Positions 1 to 15,100 of a stretch of 64,000 bases of DNA are shown here, one piece after another. The DNA comes from Eledone cirrhosa (Eukaryota): NCBI GenBank assembly GCA_964016885.1, contig OZ024742.1, forward strand, positions 260,152,001 to 260,216,000, in the 5' to 3' direction. Each line of letters begins with the position of its first letter. Position 1 is the stretch's first letter. The notes beneath the pieces are model-generated. The model saw only the letters and a program-made list of their open reading frames with translations. It searched no databases and was not told the origin of the DNA. Position numbers and translations under genes: made by a program.

Positions 1-605
1 CATGTATTTATATACACACATATATATATGTGTGTCTGCATGTGTGTATATATATATATATATATAAGGTTGTAAATTTAGATAATTAAAATGCTAAATT
101 CAGTGCTATCCATGTAACTAGTTCAGCAAGCTTTTTAAATTATGTATTTCAATTATCCACTGAAAATGAATAAATTGTTTTAACTGTATTTATCACCCTT
201 GCTCTCTGTAATAGTAACATTTTAATAGGAATATTTTTATTATTATTATTATTATTATTATTGTTATTATTATTATTATCATCTTTTTTTCATGTTAGAA
301 ATTACTATTGATAATATTATTTTTTGATGAAAAAAAAAAAAACTATTTTCAATTGAGGAAAACTATTCAATTCTTTATTTAAGTTTTAATTTCATTAAAA
401 TTTTTCTCACTGCCCTTCTTTCCTCAAATTAAAAGATAATTAGGGAAAGAAAAAAATTATAACCCAAAACAAAAGACCAAAAAAAAAAAAAGAGAAAAAT
501 GAAATGATAGTTATCTTCAAAATTATCTCTGATACTATAATATCGGATACAATCATTACACCAGTCAGACAGATAATGCTAATCATATTATGTTCCTCCC
601 CCCAG

Positions 606-887
606 ATCTGCCTAAGATGCTGAAAATGTCCAACCACATCTACTGGGCTCTCGGACATCAGCAGTCTTTGGTCTGCAACGTCGACGCCAACCCTCCCATC
701 ATCAAAACACAGTGGACCAAAAATGGTCGCACACTGCAATTTAACAACGACAGACTTCAACTACTGGCCAATGGGACTGTGGTCGTTTCCCATGTACAGA
801 ACTCGGATGCTGGCAGCTACAGCTGTCAAGCAAGTAGCTCTTTAGGACGAGGGCCTGCTTCGCTGCTTGTCCAGGTTATTGTCAGAG
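606..887 (+). CDS. Internal coding exon, one Ig (I-set) domain; probable turtle/IGSF9-like neural cell-adhesion protein
   Basis: The acceptor ttcctcccccccAG ends at 605 and the donor AG|GTGGGT starts at 888. The exon is 282 bp, phase 1-1, as is typical of Ig exons. The translation has C..W..D.G.Y.C (LVCNVDANPP..QWTKNG..DAGSYSC). From memory it resembles the 4th Ig domain of IGSF9/turtle (IYxxxG..CxVDAxPP..WxKxGRxLQ); not database-verified. Confidence 0.85.
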
Positions 888-969
888 GTGGGTATTTACT
901 GGCGAGTAGCCTCACCCTTCATATATAGCAATAACACACTGCCCAACAGAAAACTTTGCTGAAGCACAC

Positions 970-988
970 ATACACGTGTGTGTGAGTA

Positions 989-1051
<63 letters not shown>

Positions 1052-1254
1052 GTATATATACACATATGCAATTCATGTATGTATTTACTCATGCATACGT
1101 GTATATATATATATATATTTATATATACATATATATATATATATACACATATAGATATATATGTGTGTGTGTGTAAATATGTATATCTGTGTATGTATAT
1201 AAATATATATATATGTGTGTGTGTGTATGTGTATATATATGTATATATTCATAC

Positions 1255-1334
<80 letters not shown>

Positions 1335-1385
1335 CTCAATGCATGTATATAGCATGTATATGTATACATCTATACATATTTATGA
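970..1385. repeat. (TA)n/(TG)n compound microsatellite
   Basis: Direct inspection; source of the spurious YI-rich ORFs. Confidence 0.97.
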
Positions 1386-3209
1386 GGTTTATCTTCATTT
1401 AACGGAATGAGAAAGATAAAACTAAGTGGTATTAAAAAGGCTGAAATACTCCTCATATGTTCTAAAATGGCTGGAATTTAACTGTAAAAAAACTTGTTGT
1501 TATCAAGCATTTCAAGCTCTCACCAAAGATGTTTTTTTTATAAATAATAAACCTTAGAAACCTATCACAAATATTGAATATAGTCTTACTGTATATGAAT
1601 TAATTAATGAAGAATTTAGAGGGATTCTCTAAAATTATTTGTGATTTAATTAAGATGATATTTGTCAAATAACTTAACAAACGGTTCTTATATCTAATAA
1701 TGTAAAGGCAAAAGTTTAAATAGAAGACCTTTAAAATAGGGATTTTTTTTTATCATAGAATCAGGTTTTGAACAGGATAGTAGCAAGACGATTAAAAAAT
1801 ATTCTTCACGTGACAGTGGAGTTTAGGGTAAATTACTAAATGTATTAGATCAAATTCTTTATCTTTCTATATCTAAGATATATTAAGCCTTTCATAACAG
1901 TATTTTGAATAATAAAATGCACTCTAATTAATGAAGAATCTTGAGGGATTTACTAAAATGTGTAGTTCTGTGCTATGATTACATAAAAAGAACTACATTG
2001 AGAGCTAAATGTTGTGTATGTATATATATTTAAATTTATGGCTTGGCATTAAGAACTTGTTAGATGTAGGCATGGCCAAGCAGTCTTGGATTCACTCTCA
2101 CTGCGTAGCATCTTTGGCAAGTGTCTTTACTACCACAGTCATTGAGCCAATCCCAAACATTGTAAGTGGGTAGAAGGAAACAGTTTGTATGCTGTTCAGA
2201 TGAAGTGTACTTGTAATTCAAAGAGCCAGCCTTGTGCCTTGCTTGGGAATTATGTTAAGGCTACACATGCATAAAGAATATTCAACCATTTACATGGTAA
2301 TTCACAAGATGAACTGTAGGTCTAGCCTTGTCACACATATTGTCATTCTGATTAAACTTTGGAATTACATTAAAAGCACACGTGTTTGAGGAATACTCAA
2401 CCATTTACACGTAAATTTCCAAGATGGATGATTCATTGATGAAACAACTGAATGCTCATTATCTAAACTGACAAGGGAAACACCATCAGTTGGTAAAATA
2501 ATGACAATATCACAGTTAAAACAAAACAAAATAATATGATGATATGTAATGTTTAAAGTGGTTGATTTGGCAAGATCATTAGAAGTACACATGTTTGTTC
2601 CACATTCCTGTGTTCAATTCCTTATGAGGTCCACTTTGCCTTTTAACCTTCCAGGGTCAATAAAGTACCAACTTCATTGGTGCAGACCTCCTTATTTCCT
2701 TCCAGCTGCCATATCTAGAGTATTTCACTGGATCAAAGGAGAGGGGGTTGAGAAGATGACTGCATGAATACTTAAATCCCTTAACAAAATCATTGTGATA
2801 CTAAGACATACTCGATTGTGGGTGATGGCTGTATTTTATATAATGGTTAATGTATGAATGTTTACATAGGCACAGAATATATTTCAATTTAAAGGGTAGA
2901 TTTGGGGGATAATTTGATGATTTAATTCTTATGAATTCTGTCTCCCATGGTTCCTTTTAATCTTATCGAAGGAAGTAATTAAATTTATGACATTGGCAAT
3001 TGCTAATGTCTCTAAAAGATGAAAGCTGTGGAGAAATGAAAGAATTAATATTAGTGAACTATCTATTACAAAACTATGTGTAATATCTCTCTAAGTCAAC
3101 TTATCACCTTGTCACATATTGTGAGGGAAAGTAGCTTATGTCTATCTAGCAAGTCATTGCTACATTGTCACACATTGTGATGGAAAGTAGCAGAAAATTA
3201 AGGGATGGT

Positions 3210-3739
3210 AATTTTTACATTACTAATTTGCGATTTGGAACATAATTTTATTTAAGAACTGTTAAGTTATGATAAATATAAAAGCTTTTTAGATAAATAT
3301 AAAGATTTTAAAATAATCATTTTATAACATAGAACCAGGAGTGGTGTCAGGTGGTTTAGTATCAACAGGATTAAACATATTTTCATTAATTTATTGCCAT
3401 ATTTCCAATGAAATACACTGTATCTGAATGAATTAATGAAGAATTTAGAGGTATTTGCTGAAATTATTAATTATTTCATTAAGATGGTACTCATAATATA
3501 ACTTAACAAAAAGTTAAGAACATATGATTCTTATATAAAATTATGTTGAAATATTTTAATTTAAATAGGACTATTAATCATTTCTTTATTAAGATGGTAT
3601 TTGTAATATAAGTTAATCGAAGGTTATTATATAGAATAATGTCAAATGATTTTAATCAAAATAGAAACTATTTAAAGTGGGTGGTTTTATTTCATAGAAC
3701 CAGAGGTGGTTTTGGGTGGGTTGATATCAAAAGGGTTAA
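3210..3739 (+). mobile_element. Degenerate copies of the AT-rich TTAA-ended MITE family
   Basis: Shared internal motif catagaaccag..ggtggtttg..gatatcaaaagggTTAA (ends 3739), as at 52000-52038. Confidence 0.6.
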
Positions 3740-6254
3740 AGATATTTAGCAATTTTTCATGAAAATAGGTATATAGTTGGTAAGGATCAGCTGAGGGTGG
3801 GCTGTTTGATTTAGTGGGTTGATTATGAGAGAACCTTATTTCAAACCACATCTCTTTATTGTGTTGGAGGCTTCAGGTTATATTCTTAGAAAAAAAAACA
3901 AATGTAAAAATTCTGAAACCCAATCCTAAAACTAAACAATTCAATGTATAACTGAATGAAAATATATATATATACATACATACATACATATATATATGTA
4001 TGTATATAAAAGTATGTTGAAATGAGATTCGAAGACAACAAGTTCTTTTACAGTTTTGCCACTTTAGAAATGGATGGTCATGGAAACGTTTCAGCTTCTT
4101 TGAATAATTACTGTTTTCTCTTTGGCTCCCGTTAAAAATAACTTTAATTAATATTATAGAAAAATAACAACAAAATGTAAATTTTAGTGGAAACACTACA
4201 TATTATGAGAAGCATACCCTCAAAGAATATTGAACCACATCACATGTGGACATTAATGTCTTAAAATTCCTGATAACACACAATCTTTGCTAAATTTCCA
4301 AGTTGACAATCAAGTCTTCCCTTATCTTGTTAGTTGTTAAGGATCCCTCTTTCCTCCCCACTCTTTTCTTTTTGTTTATTTCATCCCTGGTTGACATGTT
4401 TTCAGTTTTCTTTTCAATATTTTCTTGAAAGTGAGGAACCTTTTTGAAAAAAAAATATATATATAAAACCTTTTGGTAAAAATAACATTTATATATAATC
4501 TAATGTACACAATATGTAACATCCTTTCCAATTGTATCTTCAAGTCTAACTTAACCCCATGCTTTGAATATTTGAGGTGTATCCATATTTGACATAGGAT
4601 TAAGAAGAACTATGATAATGGACATTGGTCTATGTTACATTCAAGCAATACTTTTACACTCTAAGTTAACAAAATTCTCTCCCAGACACACAAAGCTCCC
4701 ACTTTCTCTTAACTCAGTGAGCTGTATCTCTTTACTTTGTAGAAGGATGTATGGAACTCATAAGAGTAATCATTTCTTGTCTGTCAGCATCATATATGGA
4801 CATAATAATGAAGTATAAACAGAACATTGTCAAACAACAAAATCGTGATTTTACTTTCTAATAACCCCAGTGAAACTCATCATAGACCAAACTTTCTGTT
4901 GAATCTCTTTACTTTTTCCCTAAGTGTTTACTTGTCTTTGTTTCAACAGCAACATAAAACTAGATGATGTATATAGAGCTAAACCACATGAAACATTTTT
5001 TGCATTGAAGTTAGATGGAATTTCACATCGATTCAATGGTCTCACATTCAATGACTTAATTTTTCAACCTTATTTTCAATAGATACTAGTAGGTCAAATT
5101 TGGGGGGAAACCATTTTCAAGAAATATAGGCAGCTCTATCAGTTATATGGATGTTTTGTTTTAAAGATGCTTTTTTCAATGATGAATTTTGTCAATTCCA
5201 CAGAGACAGACTGACAGTCATAACAAATAGATCTAGAGAAAGAATTCTGTTGTTATTTTTTTAATTATAAAAATGCTACACAATGGTAGTAACAGTCCAA
5301 ACATAACTTAAATTGTTCCAAGTTCTAGTTCTGATTGGCAATCCATATTTTATCAATTGTGAAATCAATAATCTTAGAGCAATACTTAACAAGTACTGTC
5401 GTAGTGGATGTATGTACTTCAGGCTCTCAAAAGTATTATTTCTATAGAAAACATATAGTTGTCAACAACTAAATTGTAGTCGATTGTTTGCAATAATTTT
5501 ACTTGGAAGAACCCTTCAGTTATGTCAAAGACATCACAACTTCTCTAGTGCTGGTGTCATGATAAAATGCACTTGGTAGAGCGAGGGATTATATGTAAGT
5601 GAGACACAGGTCCCCAGTCCGTATGAGAGGTCAGTAGCCCTGCTGTTGGTCTGTGAAGATCTGTCAAACCCTCGCAGGGAAAATGGGTGTTACACGATGA
5701 TGATAATATAACATCAATCTAGAGATAAGACTTAGTTTCACTACCATCGACATTAATATCTGCATACATTGGTGCCATGATAAAATGTATTTGATACACC
5801 ATTAAGTGGTTGACATTAGGAAGGGCATCCAGCCAAACGAAATGTATGAACAAGATGGGGTCTCCAATGTGTCTAGTCTTAAACTTGGAACAACTTGTCC
5901 AACCCATGTCTACATGGAAAGTGTCCATAAAATGATGATGATGATAATGATTGACAACCTGGTGCAGGATACTGGCCTGGAATCTGTCCAGGAACTTAAG
6001 GTGACAGTGATGGACAGTGAAGTGTGGAAGGGGGCCTTTATTGCCATTGCCTCTGGCTAGAGCACAGCCATAATGAATAATAATAATACCTAGATCCATA
6101 AGAAAGCTAAGATTTACTCAATAATTGTTCAGAACCTACCCATAATAATTGTCCTGGCTTAGAATTTTTGGATTAAAACATTAGACCTAATGTCAGTTTG
6201 GTATCAATACATACATACATATATATGTATAACTTTACATCTATGTGAAGATAT

Positions 6255-6545
6255 GTGACTTAGTTTTTAAGGTGTTCAGCTCACGATGTTCAATTCCCAG
6301 CAGAGTTTTGTGTCCTTCAGCAAAACACTTTATTTTATATGCTCCAGTCCACTCAGATGGCAAAAATAATCTGTACCTGTAATTAAAAGAGCCAGTTTTT
6401 TCTTACTTGTGACATGCTGAATCTCCCTGGGAATTACATTAATGATACCTGTGACTGTAGAAAGCTCAGCCATTTGCACATTAATTTCATAAGCATTGCT
6501 CAAACAACAGGTATACTGGTCATCGGAACTGATAAAAATCCAACA
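6255..6545 (+). mobile_element. tRNA-derived CORE-like SINE, degenerate
   Basis: gttcaattcc B-box followed by tgtgtccttcagcaaaacactttatt..gctccagtccactcag; same body at 17815, 49490(-) and 61135. Confidence 0.7.
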
Positions 6546-7658
6546 ACAAATGTTGCTTAGCTTTGAAAAGACATATGACTACATAACAACTGCTTCATTA
6601 ATTTATGGAAATATAATTTTTTAAAACACATGTTAGTTTGACAAAAGATGTAAGAACAAAAATAACATTAGAAATCAAGTTACAAACTCAGTTCCCAACT
6701 GTATTTTTACAGGATACAAAAAAACTAAAGTTTGGGTCATTGATTAAGTATTCTGGGATTAAGACATTTAAAAGTCAAATCTCTTTCATCACACCGTCTG
6801 TGACCTTATCAATGACATTTTGCCCTCTGTGTCTCCTCTCCATCTCAACCTCACTTCCACCTTAATCGATCTCAAACTTATTTTGCTAAGTTGATGTACT
6901 GAAAAAAATTATAGTAAAAGACCAAATATATAAAGCATTGTTACAGAGTAAGGATTTTGGAAATGTTGTGTGTGCTGTTGCTGCTGGTGGTAATGTGGTA
7001 GTACTGGTGAGGATGTGGATGATGCACTTGCATTCGAAGTAATGCTCATTATCTAAAAATGAAAATATATTTGTTTCACAAGATTCTTGATGTGAAATTA
7101 TGTGTTGAAACAGATATTGTTGTACTTTGCGAGGGTCATGCTGCCAATTAACACATATGTGCTGGTTGAGTTTCACTTCAGTTTCACTCAGCAGCATTGC
7201 CACAATACCATCACCACCTATGTACACTCACATTATATCCAAAGTCTTTAGTCTGTAGCATATTAATCAATGCCTGATATATGTAGTCTTCAACTATACT
7301 TTATTTCATTCTATCAACTTAGAATTCTTCTACCAAAATAAGTTAGAGATGAAGTAGACTGGAAGTGAGGTTGGGAAGGAGAGGACAGACAGAGGGCAAA
7401 CAGCCATTGATAAGGTCACAGGTGGTGTGATGAAAAAGATTTAACAATTAGGTAGATAGCTGATTGCTATTTCTAAGTTTAGTAATACAAGTTTTCCATA
7501 TAAATTACTTTTCTGCTGATTTAAGAGACTATTTTTCTAATTTGAGTATGTTTATCTAAGAAAGGATTCGTTTTTATGATCTCCTCAGGTCAATTCTTTT
7601 GGAATAATTTAAATGGTCAGATTCACTACTCTCAAGATAAGATTCCATTTATTACCTT

Positions 7659-7915
7659 TTAACTCTTTCAATACTGATTTTAAAAACAATAATAGTTTGT
7701 CTTAATTGGTTAAGTTTAATCAAATTAAACTAGTCAAATTGATTTTTATCTTGATATACACATTGAACACATTTGTGGAAACAGTATTACAAATTGGGAC
7801 AACTTCATCCCAAATATATCCACATTGCTAAATTAAGATAATTATTAGAAAGAGAATTCAGTAGGATGCAAACTTTTTTTTGAGATCTATGTCCCTACAG
7901 TATTGAAAGGGTTAA
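7659..7915. mobile_element. piggyBac-like MITE (TTAA-flanked, terminal inverted repeats)
   Basis: TTAActctttcaatactg ... cagtattgaaagggTTAA: 18-bp inverted ends including TTAA, 1 mismatch. Confidence 0.7.
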
Positions 7916-8399
7916 GAGGTATGGTTTCCACTGCTCTTTTCCATAGATTACAGATTTCCATATATACCCAGTATTGATGATCTTTCTAATGAATTAAGTA
8001 GTTTAATTTTTTTTTTCATTCCCTTAAATAGGAGACAGTTAACTTAATTATTTACCATCATACCCTAACAGTCTTGTTATCAGAATTTTTGTCCTCACAT
8101 TGACATGTCCACAAACGAAATATATACAAGAGATGTTCTATAAGAAATGCTACCCTGGGTACAGCTATTCTTGTGGTCATTTCACTTTCTCTGAGTGTAT
8201 ACTTTCAATATGCAGTTACTTTAAACATTGCATCACTTGCTTTACACAAGCTTGTCCAATGTTGTTCCTCCCACTCCAGCATTTCCTTGTTGTTTTTCTA
8301 TCTAAAACTAACCATTTTCTCAATTCCATTACTAATCAATGTCGTCTCAAAGACAAATTTTCTGCTCTATTGCACACGTTTTGTGCTTCATTTGCATAT

Positions 8400-8695
8400 T
8401 ATATGTAAAGTGTATATATATATATATATATATATATGAGTCTGTGTATATGTATATATATGTTTGTATATATGTGTATATGTATATATATATGTGTGCG
8501 TGTATATATATATACATGAATATGCGTGTGTGTGTATATTTATATATGTGTATATGTAAATATATATATATATGTATGTATATATATCTATATATATACA
8601 CATACTGTCTCTTCCTCAAGAAGGAAATTGCTTCTCCTGTTTGACCACCAACTTGGACTTCGCTATTTTAACACACTGAATGAAAAAATTTAACA

Positions 8696-8756
<61 letters not shown>
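8400..8756. repeat. (TA/TG)n tract and a separate (TTA)n tract (8699-8756)
   Basis: Direct inspection. Confidence 0.95.
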
Positions 8757-8757
<1 letters not shown>

Positions 8758-8777
8758 CTAATATATTATAAACATTA

Positions 8778-8967
8778 GGGCGGTGAATTGGCAGTATCGG
8801 TAGAGGGTCGGACGCCATGCTTTCCAGCATAGTTACGTCCCTTTACGGTCTGAGTTCAAATCCCGTCGAGGTTAACTTTGCCTTTCATCCTTACGGGGTC
8901 GATAAAATAAAGTACCAGTAATGTACTGGGTAATTGCTGGCCTTGTGCCAAAAAGTAGAAACAATTA
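8778..8967 (+). mobile_element. Young tRNA-derived SINE family A, full length
   Basis: A-box-like tggcagtatcgg, B-box gagttcaaatcc, body gaggttaactttgcctttcatccttacggggtcgataaaataaagtaccag, and a 3' end gtagaaacaatta. Near-identical copies at 61857-62043, 42326-42415, 45300-45410 and 37243-37317(-). Confidence 0.85.
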
Positions 8968-11900
8968 TAAACATTACTAACACATCTATAAAAGACACTG
9001 TGACCCACATACTCATTTACCCAATTACATATATAAGTATATACATAAATATATACATAGATACACACATAAACACCTACAAATATACACATAGATACAC
9101 ACATAAACACCTACAAATATACATACATACACACACTTGTATACATACATACATACATACATACATACATACATACATACATACATACACACAGGTACAC
9201 ATAAATAGATACATACATACACACATGCACAACACACACATAAGTAGACAAAAAAAGAGACATACATTTTTATGATTTATAATAATCAAAACTTCTGCAA
9301 TATTAAAAGGAATAACACTAATAACTCCAATGTTAATAACCTCTGCCTTAATATATATATATATATGCCTCCAGCATATTTCAATTCTAACAAGGACAAT
9401 GAAAATAGAATATACAGAGTAAGAAATACCAAAATTTCTTGCTAGGCTTAACAATTGCAAAAGATACATTTCCCCAAATATTCTTTTAAAATTACATTGT
9501 CTATTATAAAGTACTTATATTCAGAACTATTGAGATATAAGATTTTTATATATAGTGACTGCCAAAAATCTATTGCTACTTATATTATATGTTGTAATAT
9601 TGAACACACTGTTTATATAGACTACTTTATTAACTCTTAACGTCCTGTACCACATGACACCACATTAACAAGACATTCTTGAACAGTACAAAACATTACT
9701 ATGTCTGCATTACATTAACTATTGATGTTATTGTGCTAATACCTTCTTTTTTCACAACAATAGTAAAGATAATATGTCCAATAGTAAAGATATTAAAAAC
9801 ATTTGAATTAGTAAGCATGTTTCTAGATATTATCTGCTAAAACACTAAAGGATGTTAAGAGATAACATTCATGCTATGATTTGTGACAATATTGTCTCAC
9901 ACACACTCACACATCTCAACATATATCACTACAAGAGACAAACTGCAAGGCGTATATTACTAGTAAAGATATCGCTACTGAATATTTAACTATAACAAAC
10001 AATTTAACTACTTCAACCACATTTGTGCAGCTGTGGAAGTACTCAAACTCAAAATTAATTACACCACTAAGGAACACAATCATATGGTCATGGGTTCAGT
10101 TCCTAGACTGGACATTTTACATTGTGTTCTTGAGCAAGACACTTTATTTCACATTACTTTTCATGATATGATAGACATCCCTGTCATTAAAATACCTGTG
10201 AAACCTTGTAAGAGGCCAGCTAAAAATGAGCTATTATTGTTGTCAAAGCATTATAGTTATACCAATAATTGGTAAAGTATTATAGTTGTATGAAGTATTG
10301 TGAAATATGTGGTGAGCATTATTTTGAGAAAACCAGTACAGGACAAGTTAGAAAGAAAGGAGTGAAGGCAAATAAAACAAAACAAAACAGTTTACACTTC
10401 AGTTTACCTTACGTTTCATGATATTTCGGGGTTACGACCCCTTTTTAAAAAGAAAACAAAATGAAGTAAGAAGGAGATGATGAATGGAGCTTTTCTGGTA
10501 AAGTATAGTTTTCTGAAAAGTATCTTCAATTGAAATGTTCTTCATGTGTAACAAACATTACTAAAATGTATTTGGACTTATAGTTTAATAGACAATATTC
10601 TAGTCATTAACTTAAGGAAATGTTTTTGTTTTGTTTTTTTGCTATTAATTTTTCCTTAATATAATAGAAGACTTTGTTAGGTTTCCATTTTTCTTTTCTA
10701 TTGTAAGATTGAATAATTCCATTGATAGGGGTTTAGTATTGGCAGTATATAGCCATTATTATTCAAGAACTCTTAATGTCCTGTATCACATGATACAACA
10801 TAATCAAGACATTTTTTAAAAGTGTTAAAAAAACAAACATTATGACTGCATCACATTAAAAGTTAAAGTCTTGACTTAAATACTGTAAGTTTTCACAACA
10901 TTCTGTCCACTAATAAGGATACTGTAAACATTTGAATTAACAACCCTACTTTTCCTAAATCATTACAAGAAGTTAAGTATTAAAGGATCGACTAAACTAA
11001 TAAGCCTCACTTGTGTAATATAGTCTAATATTGAGAAGGGGTACGATCTAGTGGTTAGAGTGTTGGTCTCAATCATAAGGTTATATGTTCAATTCTTGGA
11101 TCAGGTGGCATGTGGTTTTCTTGAACAAGATTCTTCATTTCATGTTGCTATTCATGTTAGAACGCTGGCCACTGTTATTAAAACACCTAAGAAGCTTACT
11201 GTAAGATGAAACCATGTATGAGGCCAGCTAAACCTACATATGTATGAGCTGTAACAACAACATAGGACTGGGACCACTATCTTTAAAACCCCCAAGAAAC
11301 CTTGTATGAGGCCAGCTAAACCTACACAGGTGTGAGCTGTAAATTTCACTTTTTCCCACTTTTGTAATGTAGTCATAAATAAAAATTGTTCTTGGGTACC
11401 TTTAGCAGACTCCTTTCTGTTGCAAGCATTCTGACCATGTCACCTCTATTTTGAGAATAACTCAATATCTTCATATACAGCTCCCTATTGCAGCAACACC
11501 TGTCTGGAGCCTTGCAAAGATCTTTCTTGAGTGCTGTCACCCTAACCTAACAAGTATTGCTGTGATTCTGCTAAAGATCTTTCTTGAGTGCTGTCTTCTA
11601 CTCATCAAATATTGCTGTAACTCTGCTCCCTATCCTATCAAATATTCCTGTGATACTGTTTCCCACCCAATAAATATTGCTATATTCTGTCAAAGATATT
11701 TCTTAAGTGCTCCCCTCCACCTAACAAATGTTTCTGTGATTCTGCTAATAAACTTTTATCCTTTATGCATCAATTATCTTAACTTGGGAATATGCCAAAT
11801 GAGAAAGTTATTCAATAACTGATGTACCATATTTTCTCATGTATAATACAAGAAACTGAACTAAAATTAAGTGAAAAAAGAAGGGTAAAGGTGCATTATC

Positions 11901-12104
11901 TGTGTTTTTACCAAGCTTAAAAATACTCATTTGAAATAGCGAGATTACATATACACTCAGTGGATACTTCTTTTTACACCCTTTAATGTCATTACACAGA
12001 ATATTGTAGTGAAATATATGTTTGGAATCAAGATTTGGGGGGATAACATGATACAAGATTACCAAAAGATGTACATAGACATGGCTGTACTCCAGAGTAA
12101 TTTT

Positions 12105-15100
12105 TTATTTACTTAGGTCTTCCTGCACTGGGAAGTGCATTGGATGTCAAACATCTAATGCACACAATCCACCATTGTTCTTTCACATTCATTCCATTTG
12201 ATGTTAGCAGACATTAGATCATCTTGCATTGTCCACTGCCAGGTGAACTCTGGTCTGCCCATATTCCATTTGCATCCAGGCAGAGTCCAAATCATTGCTG
12301 TTTTCAAGTGCCAAAGATCCCAGCCTGATGGAACCATAACTCCATAGTTATGTTTTCCCCAGGATCTGTTCGTTTGTAATCCAGTCTTGCCAGATAACCT
12401 TCCTATTTTTTTCTGAAGTACTTTTAATGAAATTGATTCAGTTTTCTGTTAATTTTTGCTGTGATCTTCCATGTCTCAGTGGCATAAATTGCTGTAGGAA
12501 GAACAATGGTGTTATATAGGTGTAGCTTGACATCTGTGCCAATAATTAAGGCTGACCAGATAGAGTGCATTTGCTGGAACACTGTGGTCACATTTCCAAT
12601 TCTGTTAACATCCAGTTCATTGTTGTTATTGATGATTAGAATGTTGTCCATGTAGGTGAAGTGGTTGACTTCATCCAGTTCTTGTTGGTTCACTTTGAAT
12701 TTGGCTTCTTAACCAATGTTATTGTCCATCTTAATCTTCATGCTACTAATTCTCAACCTGATATTCTCTGATATTTTGCTGCAATAATTGTTGTTAGCTG
12801 CTGCAGATCTGCACTGGTTTTTTTATCAATGAAGTCCAGGTCCTTCAGCTTTGTCTTTTCTCTGCACAGAATTCCTTCGCTGGGTCTACCATCAGTCCTT
12901 TTCAAGACAAAGTCAACGCCAATAGAAATATCAGAGAGAGAACATGCACCCCTTCTGACACCAGATACGATGTTGAAAATCTGTTGTTCCAGATTCAGTT
13001 CTTATGCAGCACCTTCAATTGGCATAGAAACTCTTGATATTCGCAAAACTTTGCTGGATGCCATATAACAACCATGTTCCAGAGTGACTGCCTGTGTACA
13101 CTATCAAATGTTTTCTAGAAGTTGATGAAGTTGACCACCAGTGGTTTCTGGTGTTTGAAGCATTGTTCAATGATATTCCACACATCGTCTGAGCTGTTTT
13201 GAAACTCGGCCTGCTGTTCTCTAAGGATAGATTCAATAGTTTGGTGTAGTCTTCTCAGCAACACTTTTCAGAACACTTTGTCTGGGACCAACAAAGGTGT
13301 GATTCCTTGCTAGTTGTTGCAATCTGCTTGATTTCTCTTCTTTGGTAACTTCATAGTCATTCCTTGTGCCACTCCAGAGGAACTTGCCCTTCTTGCTAAC
13401 AGTGGTTCAACAGCCTGGTCATTGCTGTACTTATTCTGTCTTGCTAACAGTAGTTCAACAGCCTGGTCATTGCTGTACTTATTCTGTCTTGCTAGCAGTG
13501 GTTCAACAACCTGGTCATTGCTGTACTTATTCTGTCTTGCTAACAGTAGTTCAACAGCCTGGTCATTGCTGTACTTATTCTGTCTTGCTAACAGTAGTTC
13601 AACAGCCTGGTCATTGCTGTACTTATTCTGTCTTGCTAACAGTAGTTCAACAGCCTGGTCATTGCTGTACTTATTCTGTCTTGCTAGCAGTGGTTCAACA
13701 ACCTGGTCATTGTTGTACTTATTCTGTTTTGCTAGCAGTGGTTCAACAGCCTGGTCATTGTTGTACTTATTCTGTCTTGCTAACAGTAGTTCAACACCCT
13801 GGTCATTGCTGTACTCATTATGTCTTGCTAACAGTAGTTCAACAGCCTGGTCATTGCTGTACTTATTCTGTCTTGCTAACAGTAGTTCAACAGCCTGGTC
13901 ATTGCTGTACTTATTCTGTCTTGCTAGCAGTGGTTCAACAACCTGGTCATTGCTGTACTTATTCTGTCTTGCTAACAGTAGTTCAACAGCCTGGTCATTG
14001 CTGTACTTATTCTGTCTTGCTAACAGTAGTTCAACAGCCTGGTCATTGCTGTACTTATTCTGTCTTGCTAACAGTAGTTCAACAGCCTGGTCATTGCTGT
14101 ACTTATTCTGTCTTGCTAACAGTAGTTCAACAGCCTGGTCATTGCTGTACTTATTCTGTCTTGCTAACAGTAGTTGAACAGCCTGGTCATTGCTGTACTT
14201 ATTCTGTCTTGCTAGCAGTGGTTCAACAACCTGGTCATTGTTGTACTTATTCTGTTTTGCTAGCAGTGGTTCAACAGCCTGGTCATTGTTGTACTTATTC
14301 TGTCTTGCTAACAGTAGTTCAACACCCTGGTCATTGCTGTACTCATTATGTCTTGCTAACAGTAGTTCAACAGCCTGGTCATTGCTGTACTTATTCTGCC
14401 TTGCTAGTTCAACAACCTGGTCATTGCTGTACTTATTCTGTCTTGCTGACAGTGGTTCAACAGCCTGGTCATTGCTGTACTTATTCTGTCTTGCTAGCAG
14501 TAGTTCAACAGCCTGGTCATTGCTGTACTTATTCTATCTTGCTAACAGTGGTTCAACAACCTGGTCATTGCTGTACTTATTCTGTCTTGCTAGTTCAACA
14601 GCCTGGTCATTGCTGTACTCATTATGTCTTGCTAACAGTAGTTCAACAGCCTGGTCATTGCTGTACTTATTCTGTCTTGCTAACAGTAGTTCAACAGCCT
14701 GGTCATTGCTGTACTTATTCTGTCTTGCTAACAGTAGTTCAACAGCCTGGTCATTGCTGTACTTATTCTGTCTTGCTGACAGTGGTTCAACAACCTGGTC
14801 ATTGCTGTACTTATTCTGTCTTGCTAGTAGTGGTTCAACAGCCTGGTCATTGCTGTACTTATTCTATCTTGCTAACAGTAGTTCAACAGCCTGGTCATTG
14901 CTGTACTTATTCTGTCTTGCTAGTTCAACAGCCTGGTCATTGCTGTACTTATTCTGTCTTGCTAACAGTGGTTCAACAACCTGGTCATTGCTGTACTTAT
15001 TCTGTCTTGCTAGCAGTGGTTCAACAGCCTGGTCATTGCTGTACTTATTCTATCTTGATAACAGTAGTTCAACAGCCTGGTCATTGCTGTACTTATTCTG

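Noticed and set aside
590-928. Treating the full 112-aa ORF as a single-exon gene
   Set aside because: Canonical splice sites bound the Ig domain at 606-887; the flanking codons are intronic.
976-1402. YI/VC-rich ORFs here and at 8.3-9.5, 34.1-34.7, 37.8-38.1 and 54.1-54.4 kb
   Set aside because: Translations of dinucleotide microsatellites.
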